Program-made: the position numbers and the translations under genes
The notes under the pieces: generated by a model
What the model was told of the DNA's origin: nothing
What the model saw: the letters and a program-made list of their open reading frames with translations, nothing else
Databases searched by the model: none
In this document: in pieces, positions 1 to 8,360 of the stretch
Numbering within the stretch: the first letter of the stretch is position 1
Layout of the letters: the number at the start of each line of letters is the position of its first letter
Origin: an uncultured cyanobacterium
Lineage (GTDB): Bacteria; Cyanobacteriota; Cyanobacteriia; PCC-9006; JAAUQQ01
Direction: 5' to 3'
Length of the DNA stretch: 64,000 bases
Assembly (NCBI GenBank): GCA_963718615.1
Contig: OY970368.1
Coordinates: 4,512,001 to 4,576,000, forward strand

Positions 1-2465
1 GACAGGGCAACTATGCCGCAGCTAACGCGTTTTTAGATGCGATCGCCCAAACCCGCCGTGCCCAAGGCCAAACCGCCCTCAGCCTCAATTGGGGACCTTG
101 GGCTGATACAGGCATGGCCCAGCAAACCCGCTTAAATCGGGGCTTCGAACCCCTGCCTCCCACCCTCAACCTGGCTCGACTCCCGCAACTTATGGCCTTG
201 CCAACGGCCCAAGTGGGACTGTTTCAAGCGAACTGGAACTTGCTCAGTCAACTCTTCCCTCAGCTTCGAGACCGGGCCTATTTCTCGGCAGTTTTTCCAA
301 ACAAATCAGCCGACTTACAACAGACCTCAGCGATCGCCCAATCCCCAATAAAGTCCCCAATATTAGAACAGTTGCGGACAACCACCTCCGAACAACGACC
401 GCTGCTGATTCAAGACTATTTGCGCGGGGCGATCGCCCATATCCTCCAAACCGATCGCGATCAGATCGCCCCCACCGCCAGTCTGCTCGACCTCGGCATG
501 GACTCGCTGATGATCATGGAAGCGATTAACCAGCTCAAACAAGATCTGCAACTCATGCTCTACCCCCGCGAGTTCTACGAACGCCCTCGGTTAGATGCCC
601 TCGCCCAGTACTTAGCCGTAGAGTTTGAGAAAAACCAAGGACTTACCCCAGACTCTGTTGAAACCACACCCCTCCCCTCCATCACCCCATCACCCCATCA
701 CCCCATCACCCCACCCCGTCCTGCCCCCGCCCAAAAGCTCCCCCCCGTCGCCTTCATCCTCTCCAGCCCCCGCTCCGGCTCCACACTCCTGCGGGTCATG
801 TTGGCGGGTAACCCGGCCCTATTCTCTCCCCCCGAGTTGCATCTACTTCCCTTTGAGACCCTGGGTGAACGTCGCCAAAGCTTGGGGGTTTCTCACCTAG
901 GTGAAGGGTTACAACGGGCGATCATGGACCTGAAAGGGCTGGATGCGGAGGCCAGTCGGGCCTTAATTCAAGACCTCGAAAATCGGGACGCCCCCCTGGA
1001 AGAAGTCTATGGGTTGCTGCAAGAACTGGCGGGCGATCGCCTCCTCGTCGATAAATCCCCCAGCTACGCCAGTGATCCCGCGAACCTGATCCGGGCCGAA
1101 CGCATTATCGAAGGCGCAAAATACATTCACCTCGTCCGTCACCCCTACGCCGTCCTCGAATCCTTCTGTCGCATGCGTATGGACAAGCTGGTGGGTGATG
1201 GTCGTCAGTCGCCCTTGGATCTGGCCGAGCAAATCTGGTGCGCCAGCAACAAAAATACCCTAGACTTCTTTGACCAGCTTGACCCCCATCAGCACTATTT
1301 AGTTCAATACGAAGATCTGGTGCGCGATCCCGAGGCCGTCCTGCGCCCCCTGTGCGATTTCCTGGGCGTGCCCTTTGCGGAGGCAATGTTGAATCCCTAC
1401 AGTGGCGATCGCATGACCGACGGCATCCATCGCCAATCCCTGTCCCTGGGTGATCCCAACTTCCTCCAACGGCAGCAGGTTGATGCCAGCCTTGCTGACC
1501 AGTGGCGCACCATCGAGCTCCCCCGATTGCTTCAGCCCCAGAGTCAGTTCTTAGCTCAGCAACTCAACTACGAGCTCCCCCAGGAAGCCTTGGCTCGGGC
1601 AGCGGCACCGAGCTCAATCCCCATGACCGAACGCTTTATCAACGTGCGTGGGCTCAATCTTTGCCTTTGCACCTGGGGGCCAGAGTCGGGACCGCTGGTG
1701 GTCTGCCTCCACGGCATTTTGGAGCAGGGGGCCTCTTGGCTAGAGGTGGCCATGCGGTTGGCGGAGAAGGGATATCAGATCGTTGCACCGGATTTCCGAG
1801 GCCATGGGCGATCGCCCCACGCTGAGCGGGGAAGTGCCTACAACTTGATGGACTTCCTAGCCGATCTAGACGGCATTGTCGAACGCCTGACGGATAAACC
1901 CTTTACGCTCGTGGGCCATTCCCTAGGATCAGTTGTCGGGGCCATTTTTGCCAGTATTCGCCCCCATCGGATCCGCAATTTGGTTCTGGTAGAAACCATT
2001 TTACCGACGGAGAGTGATGACAATGAAACCGCCGATCAGTTGGTGACACACCTCAATTACTTAGCCTCCCCACCGGAACATCCCGTTTTCCCTGATGTTG
2101 CCACTGCCGCCGAACGCCTGCGTTTAGGCACCCCGGCCTTGTCCGAAGCCCTTGCCCTACGCCTCGCGGAGCGGATTACCGAGCCCTGTCCGGGGGGCGT
2201 GCGCTGGCGCTGGGCACCGCTGCTGCGAACCCGAGCGGGGATTGGCTTCAATGGCATTACCAAGTCTCGCTATCTAGGCTTGCTGCGCCGGATTCAGACG
2301 CCGATTACGTTGGTGTATGGCGATCGCAGCCAGTTCAATCGTCAATCCGATCTCCAAGCCCAACAGGAAGCCCTCGCCCATGCTAAACGGGTGATTGTTT
2401 CCGGCGGCCATAATCTGCCCATCGACGCACCTTCGGCCCTGGTAGAGGTGATTTTATCGTCCTAA
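1..2465 (+). CDS. ols: 3' part of an Ols/CurM-type modular PKS (olefin synthase-like): KR C-terminus, ACP, sulfotransferase, thioesterase. The gene starts upstream of the window.
   Basis: The frame is open from base 3 (QGNYAAANAFLD...SLNWGPW, KR). ACP motif LGMDSLM; sulfotransferase PAPS motif SPRSGSTLLR plus DKSP; alpha/beta-hydrolase thioesterase GHSLG...GGH. The ACP-ST-TE terminus is characteristic of Ols and CurM; the symbol is tentative because the 5' end is not visible. Confidence 0.85.
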   Translation, partial: QGNYAAANAFLDAIAQTRRAQGQTALSLNWGPWADTGMAQQTRLNRGFEPLPPTLNLARLPQLMALPTAQVGLFQANWNLLSQLFPQLRDRAYFSAVFPNKSADLQQTSAIAQSPIKSPILEQLRTTTSEQRPLLIQDYLRGAIAHILQTDRDQIAPTASLLDLGMDSLMIMEAINQLKQDLQLMLYPREFYERPRLDALAQYLAVEFEKNQGLTPDSVETTPLPSITPSPHHPITPPRPAPAQKLPPVAFILSSPRSGSTLLRVMLAGNPALFSPPELHLLPFETLGERRQSLGVSHLGEGLQRAIMDLKGLDAEASRALIQDLENRDAPLEEVYGLLQELAGDRLLVDKSPSYASDPANLIRAERIIEGAKYIHLVRHPYAVLESFCRMRMDKLVGDGRQSPLDLAEQIWCASNKNTLDFFDQLDPHQHYLVQYEDLVRDPEAVLRPLCDFLGVPFAEAMLNPYSGDRMTDGIHRQSLSLGDPNFLQRQQVDASLADQWRTIELPRLLQPQSQFLAQQLNYELPQEALARAAAPSSIPMTERFINVRGLNLCLCTWGPESGPLVVCLHGILEQGASWLEVAMRLAEKGYQIVAPDFRGHGRSPHAERGSAYNLMDFLADLDGIVERLTDKPFTLVGHSLGSVVGAIFASIRPHRIRNLVLVETILPTESDDNETADQLVTHLNYLASPPEHPVFPDVATAAERLRLGTPALSEALALRLAERITEPCPGGVRWRWAPLLRTRAGIGFNGITKSRYLGLLRRIQTPITLVYGDRSQFNRQSDLQAQQEALAHAKRVIVSGGHNLPIDAPSALVEVILSS
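679..713 (+). repeat. Tandem 8-mer CCATCACC x4 in the ACP-ST linker
   Basis: ccatcaccccatcaccccatcaccccatcacccca, encoding ...ITPSPHHPITPP... Confidence 0.9.
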
Positions 2466-3018
2466 GCGGGATGTGGTTTGTAACCTCCCCCCTCAGCAAG
2501 GGCAAACTGGAGGATAATTTTTCACTGTCTTTTAGTGGAGATTAAGCCTAGTTTTGGAGAATGATAGAATAAATTCCTATGATTGAGCGCCTGCGGATCA
2601 TCGTTGGAGGTTTTATGAGTGCTGCGAATGCTGCTATTGAGTCGATCGAGCCTCAACCTTGTCTACTGAATGTGAGTGATGTCAAATTGATGGTGACGCC
2701 GGAACATTTCGATCGGCTCTGTATTCAAAATCCAGATTTACGTCTTGAGTTAACGAAAGATGGAGAGTTGATTGTTATGTCTCCAACGGGGGGAGAAAGT
2801 GGGAAAAGAAATATTAGCTTAGGGGCTGATGTTGAAATTTGGAATCGCCAAACGAATCTGGGTGAAGTGTTTGATTCATCGACTGGTTACGATTTTATCG
2901 CGATCGGGGGTGGGAAGATGTCGCCGGATGTGTCTTGGATTGAAAAGTCGCGTTTGGTGGGTGTGGATTTGGTTGGGTTTATTCCGATCGTGCCTGATTT
3001 TGTGATTGGGTAGTCCAA

Positions 3019-3459
3019 TTATGTGGGTGCTGGAGAGAATGAAGCGGCATGAGCCTGCTTAAGGCGCAATTGCTGGTTGTAATGGTGAACGAAATTCCAG
3101 ATCGCAGCCTCGTGGTTCTCTTGTTTCTTTGAAAACGAGAGCGCCTTTCGGACCAAGCGCGACACCCTTTGCCGCAGGGTGCAGTTGAACCTCTCGATGT
3201 AGCTCGTCAGCCCGCTTTCTTTCCCAACCGCTCGGTGGCGTTGGCTAGGAAGCACACAGGCATAGCTCTCCCAATAATCGGTGTAGATGACTGCACATTG
3301 GCGGTACACTCCCGGTAGAGACCGCCATAAAGCTTCGGCAGATTTAGCACTTCGGTCCCCGATATAAAGGCCAATGATTTCGCGAGTGTCCGCATCTAGA
3401 GCAATCCAAACCCACTGTTTATTTCCTTTATGGTCCACGAACGACCAGAGTTCGTCCAT
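3019..3459 (-). CDS. insB: IS1 transposase InsB part (DDE), joined to InsA by a -1 frameshift
   Basis: MDELWSFV, YTDYW, IERFNCTLRQR...FSK motifs. Confidence 0.92.
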   Translation of the reverse strand: MDELWSFVDHKGNKQWVWIALDADTREIIGLYIGDRSAKSAEALWRSLPGVYRQCAVIYTDYWESYACVLPSQRHRAVGKESGLTSYIERFNCTLRQRVSRLVRKALSFSKKQENHEAAIWNFVHHYNQQLRLKQAHAASFSPAPT

Positions 3460-3467
3460 CTGGACCG

Positions 3468-3791
3468 TCAGAGCTTTTTTACTTTCTTCGTCACTTCCAC
3501 CTCCCGAGCAACGGTTTTAGCTTTGGCGTTGACGTAGGTCTGAATGCAGCTCTCGGAGCGCTGCATCACCCGAGCAATTCCAGCAATGGCCAGCCTTTCA
3601 AGCAATAAACGTTCGAGCAAGGCTATCTCTTCATCGCTCAAGGGAAGGGATTTCGGAGTCAGGACAAACCGGCGATGGCAATCTCGACATTTATAGCTTT
3701 GAGTACCGCGATCGTTGAAGCCGTTACGGCTGATATCTTCAGATAGACAGTTAGGACAATGAAGCAGCTCTTGAGTCATCGCAATTGGCAC
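3468..3791 (-). CDS. insA: IS1 transposase InsA part (zinc finger plus HTH)
   Basis: CPNC...KCRDC zinc ribbon. Ends in the A-AAA-AAG slippery run (3474-3480, minus strand). Confidence 0.9.
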   Translation of the reverse strand: MPIAMTQELLHCPNCLSEDISRNGFNDRGTQSYKCRDCHRRFVLTPKSLPLSDEEIALLERLLLERLAIAGIARVMQRSESCIQTYVNAKAKTVAREVEVTKKVKKL

Positions 3792-4109
3792 AGAAGGGTC
3801 TTACCCAGTTTGCTTTTTCTTTCTCTAATGGCCACAACATACTCATCCCCCAGCTAAAGGCACTACCTGTGATTGAACTTAGATCTGCTACGGATAATCT
3901 CAAACTATTGCAGGAGAAGATGGCGGAATATCGGTGGTTGGGGGTGAGATTGGGCTTGTTAATCAATCCGAAGAATGAGCAGATTGAGGTGTATCGTCCT
4001 GGGCGGGATGTGGAGATCTTGGCGTCGCCGAGTGCGATCGATTGTGGTGAGGTGATGCCGGGATTTGTGTTGAGTATGAGTCGGATTTGGTAACTGATGT
4101 TGTTGTAGA

Positions 4110-4189
4110 CCGACTTGAATCGCGCTGGATGTATTACTTGCATTCCCTGGCATCCATGCTGCCGTGCAAGTCATCGCAGGCCGTTAGCA
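4110..4189 (-). other. Degenerate attC-like hairpin (R'' box present, R' box lost)
   Basis: Minus strand begins TGCTAAC. Arms GACTTG/CAAGTC and TGGATG/CATCCA pair. No GTTRRRY at the far end. Confidence 0.35.
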
Positions 4190-4698
4190 GCAGGTTTTCT
4201 AGACGAGAGGGTTAATTTCATTAAGGATTCAGTTGCGCTCTATTGGGGTGGAGTGTCAATTATCCTTCGGTCTGATGTTTTACGGGCTGGCCTATGGCCA
4301 CAGTTGTTAGGGCGCAAGTGATATGTCAACGAGGTCAATTTAACCCGCAGGTTCGAGGTCAAGCTTTGACTTTTAACGCCTAGCCCAACCGTTCCCCATC
4401 CTCCCGTCCGCTGCAAGGGGGCTAGGTTGATATCATCGTTTCCTGGAATCGCTCGAGGGATAATTGATAACACTTCTCCAGTTTTAGCAAAAGACTGATA
4501 GTATTGCACGACTCTAGATTCACAGCATACCCGCCACATCTAGTACTAAATAGGATTAAGTACGCCATATATAGAGTGCCTGAAATGCTTTCATATGAAC
4601 ACCTTTGTTTGTAGTGCATATATCAACAACAAAAAGACTTATAGCTCATATTTTCAGTTCTATGAGCTACAAACTTCTTTGCCGACAATGGATAATCC

Positions 4699-5825
4699 TC
4701 AAAACACACTTCTCCCTTCAGCTACATTCAGCAGTTCTGAAAATGCATAAACAGCAGGGCGACGCCCACTAGCCTCTCTTAGAGTTTTCAGGATTTCGTT
4801 CTCTCGAAGCACAGAAAGGATTCTTTTTGCAGTTGGCACGGGAATTTCGTTACAATTCGTAAAATCCGAAGATTTAAAAATCGGACGAGAAAAAATAAAG
4901 TCTAGTGCATGAATAGCATATTGCGAATGAGTCAAGCTGATAATTTGACCTTTTTGCTTTTCATATAATGTTAAAATCTCCTGTGCTTTTTTCTGATTCT
5001 CTTGAGCTTGTACCGCTACTGCTTTTAAAAGAAAACGCACCAATTTGTCCAATCGTTATCACGCGAAATTGATAACAGTCTTTCATAGTATTCATCACGA
5101 TGAGCTTCAAAAAAGGCACTGATGTAAAACATTGGACTTTGAATTAATCCAGTTTTATACATAAACAGTGGCACACACATTCTACCTAGTCTTCCATTTC
5201 CGTCTAAAAAAGGATGCAAAGCCTCAAATTCAGCATGTACAAGTGCTAGTTGAACTAATCGATCGGGAGCTTCATCGTGAATAAATTTTTCCCATCTATC
5301 TAGTCCCTCTTGTAAACGATCAACAGAAATTGGAACATATCGAGCATCATCAATTGAACATCCAGGTTGACCAATCCAATTTGGAATCCGTCGATAGTCG
5401 CCTGGAGATTTTCCATGCCCCCTAACTCCCTCCAACAAAACGTGATGAGCTTGCTTGATCACACGCTGACATAGAGGAAGTTCATGAAGTAACTCAATTG
5501 CAGACCACATAGCTCGACGATAGTTCAGCACCTCATTGATATCGTCTTCTCGCTCCGCTGGAATATCATCTAGTCTTCCTTCTGCCTCATACTCAAGCAC
5601 CTCACCCATAGTCGCCTGAGTTCCTTCAATGCGAGATGACAAGACAGCTTCCTGTGTCGTTAACGGACTTAATAATAGGTTGGCATTTGGAATTGCCGCA
5701 AGAGTTCCGTCATATCGAGCCAGTGCTGCACTGGCTGGTCCAATTAAGGGAATGAGCTTAGACCAGTCGATATCCTTTGGAGGAAACTTATCGTAATGGT
5801 AGTGTACAGGCTGATTCATGATCAC
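4699..5825 (-). pseudogene. Fic-domain protein (N-terminal inhibitory motif type, C-terminal HTH-like region) split by a 1-nt frameshift; second integron cassette
   Basis: HPFLDGNGRLGR Fic motif and SSRIEG inhibitory motif. WCVFF* at 5025 continues as LKAVAVQA in another frame; one T is missing in TTTTCTTTTAAAA. Confidence 0.88.
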
Positions 5826-5901
5826 AGCCCCTAGCTTGCATACAATAGAATACTAAAATTTTTCATAGAAATGCTGTTATCGTTTCTCATTAAAATTTTC
5901 A

Positions 5902-5988
5902 ACCTAACGTTCCCAAGCAGTGGCTCAAAGCAACGTAGCGCCATTGTAGACCAATTCACTGAGTCCGTCTGCCTTGGGCTTGTTATGC
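5902..5988 (-). other. Integron attC recombination site (87 bp)
   Basis: Minus strand: GCATAAC-aagc-CCAAGgCAGaCGGaCTCA...TGAGCCACTGCTTGG-gaac-GTTAGGT. R'' and R' boxes, paired L arms, and unpaired bases on the 5' arm; 22 bp after the stop of 6011-6505. Confidence 0.85.
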
Positions 5989-6010
5989 GTCGCAATTAAC
6001 CCTTGTGCTT

Positions 6011-6505
6011 TTAAGAGCCGGGTGAAAATCGAAAAATGCTTGGCATATTGCTGGAAGCCGGAGTCTTACTAGATACACATTCGAGAACTAGCGCATAGCT
6101 ATCTACAACACTACATTGGGCACCTACCATAAATCCTGCTTTGCCAGAGGCTTCATGAACAATAAATCGGCTTCCTTTCGGCTCAAATTTCAAAGATCCA
6201 ACTAGCTGCCCTTTCCCTAGATCACACCCTAAACCTCCACATCTTGCATTCTTACCAAATGGCTCTAACTTGTATGTGTTGTATATGCTTAAGGTATTCT
6301 GGCTAATCTCAGTGTACAAAGCACTTGAATAGATTTCCTGATTATCTTCTGCTCTCAACCAGCTAAACGAAACAAAAGTCTTATTAGCATCACTCCAAGC
6401 CTGAATGAGGGAGCTATTTCTTTGTTGAGCAAATGCAGGAGAGGTGACCAAACTATGAATGAATCCAATGGCCAATAATGGTGTGAAAAAGTTTATTTTT
6501 TGCAT
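6011..6505 (-). CDS. Secreted hypothetical protein with four Cys; first integron cassette (cassette 5908-6549)
   Basis: Signal peptide ending SPAFA|Q; AT-rich; only about 40 bp between the GTT crossover and the ATG; followed by attC. Confidence 0.75.
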   Translation of the reverse strand: MQKINFFTPLLAIGFIHSLVTSPAFAQQRNSSLIQAWSDANKTFVSFSWLRAEDNQEIYSSALYTEISQNTLSIYNTYKLEPFGKNARCGGLGCDLGKGQLVGSLKFEPKGSRFIVHEASGKAGFMVGAQCSVVDSYALVLECVSSKTPASSNMPSIFRFSPGS

Positions 6506-6543
6506 AGAAGTGATTAATTACTCAGAAGGTAATTAAGAGTTGA

Positions 6544-6613
6544 GTATAACAATTTAGTATGCAGAACTTTTCCGTATATTGCCCCCGTGGGGATGACATA
6601 CGGAACTTTTCCG
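6544..6613 (-). other. attI-like site: GTTATAC core preceded by two direct repeats
   Basis: Minus strand CGGAAAAGTTC (6603-6613)...CGGAAAAGTTC (6564-6574)...GTTATAC (6544-6550). Internal hairpin TTCCGTAT/ATACGGAA. Lies between the first cassette and a divergent intI remnant. Confidence 0.6.
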
Positions 6614-6698
6614 GATGTCCCCAGGAGAACATCAGAATAATTCTGAATATCATGCCATCTAGGGCGATCTGCCAAATGATTCGGTCTATCACGCTACC

Positions 6699-6808
6699 CC
6701 ACAAAAACCTCCAAAGAAACTCCTGAAAAGGGCTCACGAAGCATTATACCAAGCATTATTCTCATAATACACAGAAAACTATCGAGATGGGTGCAAGCAC
6801 TGAGTTAA
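6699..6808 (+). pseudogene. intI: Decayed N-terminal fragment of an integron integrase
   Basis: Across two frameshifts it reads PQKPPKKLLKRAHEAL / TKHYSHNTQKT / RWVQ, matching the IntI N-terminal pattern (PKKLLxQVRxAIRxKHYSxRTExTYxxW). It is divergent from the cassettes, as expected for intI. Confidence 0.62.
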
Positions 6809-6855
6809 CCTAGACGACAGCGAACCGGACAACAAAATTATTGAGATTGTGTCCC

Positions 6856-7440
6856 CTAGACCCTGGCAATAGTCACCTGCTGAGGTTGATCCTGGTACTT
6901 GCCCTTGCGGGTTTCATAGCTGACATCGCAGGGATCACCCTCAAAAAACAACAGTTGTACACACCCCTCATTGGCATAAATCCGCGCATCCGCCGGAGAA
7001 CTATTGCTAAACTCCAGCGTCAAGTGCCCACGCCAACCCGCCTCTGCTGGCGTAAGATTAGCAATAATCCCGGCCCTGGCATAGGTTGACTTGCCGATGC
7101 AAATGACCGTGGCATTTTCCGGCACAGCCAACTTCTCTAGGGCAACCCCTAAGCCATAACTATGACCGGGCAAAATGAAAAACTCACCCTGCTCATCTCG
7201 ATGGAGTTTGGCGGGTTCTAAATTGTCAGGATTAAATCGTTTCGGGTCAATGACAGTGCCGGGAACGTGGCGAAAAATGCGGAAATCTTCCGGAGAAAGG
7301 CGAATATCATAACCATAACTGCTGAGGCCAAAGGAAATGACGGGTAAATCCTCTGGGGTACGGCGGACCAAATGGGACTGAAAGGGCTCAATCATGCCTT
7401 GGGTTGCCATTTCTTTAATCCACAAATCATTCTTAATCAT
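6856..7440 (-). CDS. dcd: dCTP deaminase
   Basis: SFGLSSYGYDIRL, GKSTYAR, TPAEAGWRGHLTLE, YQDQ. Confidence 0.95.
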   Translation of the reverse strand: MIKNDLWIKEMATQGMIEPFQSHLVRRTPEDLPVISFGLSSYGYDIRLSPEDFRIFRHVPGTVIDPKRFNPDNLEPAKLHRDEQGEFFILPGHSYGLGVALEKLAVPENATVICIGKSTYARAGIIANLTPAEAGWRGHLTLEFSNSSPADARIYANEGCVQLLFFEGDPCDVSYETRKGKYQDQPQQVTIARV

Positions 7441-8144
7441 GCTTCAATTCCTGGAATCCACATTTGTCCGGGGGGGGCGATCGCCTCGGCTGAAATTTTA
7501 AGCGCTGGCTTCGCCAAATGAACCGCCAAGGGCTGCGACGGGGGCGTTGGTCTCAGCCGTTGGCCTTGAGCTGCGTTTACCGGGCGAGCGATCGCCACCC
7601 CAAAACAATTACGCAACTCCGTCACCTGGTCCGCCGCTTGCAGAAGCGCCGCAGGCATCTGGGGGCCGGTCAGGATCACATCCGTAGATTGAGGGCGCTG
7701 CTTCAACACCCTTAAAACCTCGTCCACGGGAACGATACCGTAAGCGATCGCCAAACTCAGCTCATCCAAGATCACCTGGCCATAGGTTCCCAGCCGCACC
7801 TGATCCTGCGTAAACGTCCAGAGCTCAAGGATGGCCTCCCGAGCGATCGCCGACGGGGGAAAACCATTGACCGCCTCAGGCAATCGACAGCGCACCCAGT
7901 TCAAATGCTGACCCAGCTGCACCGGATGCTCCGGCCCTTGTCCAATTCCCCCTTTGCAAAACTGCACCACCAAAACCGACGTGCCCTGCCCCGCATCCCG
8001 CAGGGCCTGGGCCATAACCGCCGTAAAAAAATTGCGATGGGTACAGGTAAAGACCTGAACTTGCCCCGCAATCGGCAATGGACTGTGCGATTGCAACGAG
8101 AGCGGTGAGACACGCCGCAGGGTATCGTGGGGTTGAGCAATCAT
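7437..8144 (-). CDS. BtuR/CobO-like P-loop protein (cob(I)alamin adenosyltransferase family), translationally coupled to dcd
   Basis: VVQFCKGG, VILDEL, DVILTG, ADQVTE; 4-bp overlap with dcd. Confidence 0.8.
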   Translation of the reverse strand: MIAQPHDTLRRVSPLSLQSHSPLPIAGQVQVFTCTHRNFFTAVMAQALRDAGQGTSVLVVQFCKGGIGQGPEHPVQLGQHLNWVRCRLPEAVNGFPPSAIAREAILELWTFTQDQVRLGTYGQVILDELSLAIAYGIVPVDEVLRVLKQRPQSTDVILTGPQMPAALLQAADQVTELRNCFGVAIARPVNAAQGQRLRPTPPSQPLAVHLAKPALKISAEAIAPPGQMWIPGIEA

Positions 8145-8217
8145 AGTTTCTAGTCAAGCCGCAGGATCAGACCGTTAGTATATCGACTGATTTGGGGGTT
8201 TGCGATAAAACGGGGCG

Positions 8218-8275
8218 AAACTAAATATAGCGTATCTCTTCCATAGGATTTTCTATCAGACGCTACATACAGGCC
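8218..8275. promoter_or_regulatory. Tandem NrdR-box-like operators upstream of the btuR-like/dcd operon
   Basis: AAACTAAATATAGCGT (8218-8233) and ACGCTACATACAGGCC (8260-8275) compared with consensus acaCwAtATaTwGtgt; 42-bp spacing. Confidence 0.6.
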
Positions 8276-8360
8276 ATAAAGCAGGGCGATCGCAAGCCGT
8301 CCTGCTTCCATCCGCCGCAGCCTCTTACAATAAATGCGTTCACTCCCCCGGAGGCTTTCG

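Larger units (their letters stand above)
3009..3867 (-). mobile_element. IS1-family insertion sequence (859 bp) with 8-bp target duplication TGTGATTG
   Basis: Ends GGTAGTCC (3009) and GGCACTACC (3867). TGTGATTG occurs at 3001-3008 and 3868-3875. Confidence 0.95.
2615..4093 (+). pseudogene. Uma2 (DUF820) family endonuclease-like gene interrupted by IS1
   Basis: N-terminal half (RLELTKDGELIVMSP, FDSSTG, SPDVSWI...PDFVI) ends at 3008. C-terminal half (VIELRSATD...KMAEY...GVRLGLLINP) resumes at 3868. GGAGG RBS before ATG 2615. Confidence 0.92.

Noticed and set aside
2480-2520. c-di-GMP-I riboswitch suggested by GGGCAAAC
   Set aside because: No GNRA-capped P2 stem or downstream GCAAAGC/P3 element.
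3785-4093. ORF 3785-4093 as an independent gene
   Set aside because: It is a chimera: a TTG start inside the IS1 runs into the 3' half of the split Uma2 gene.
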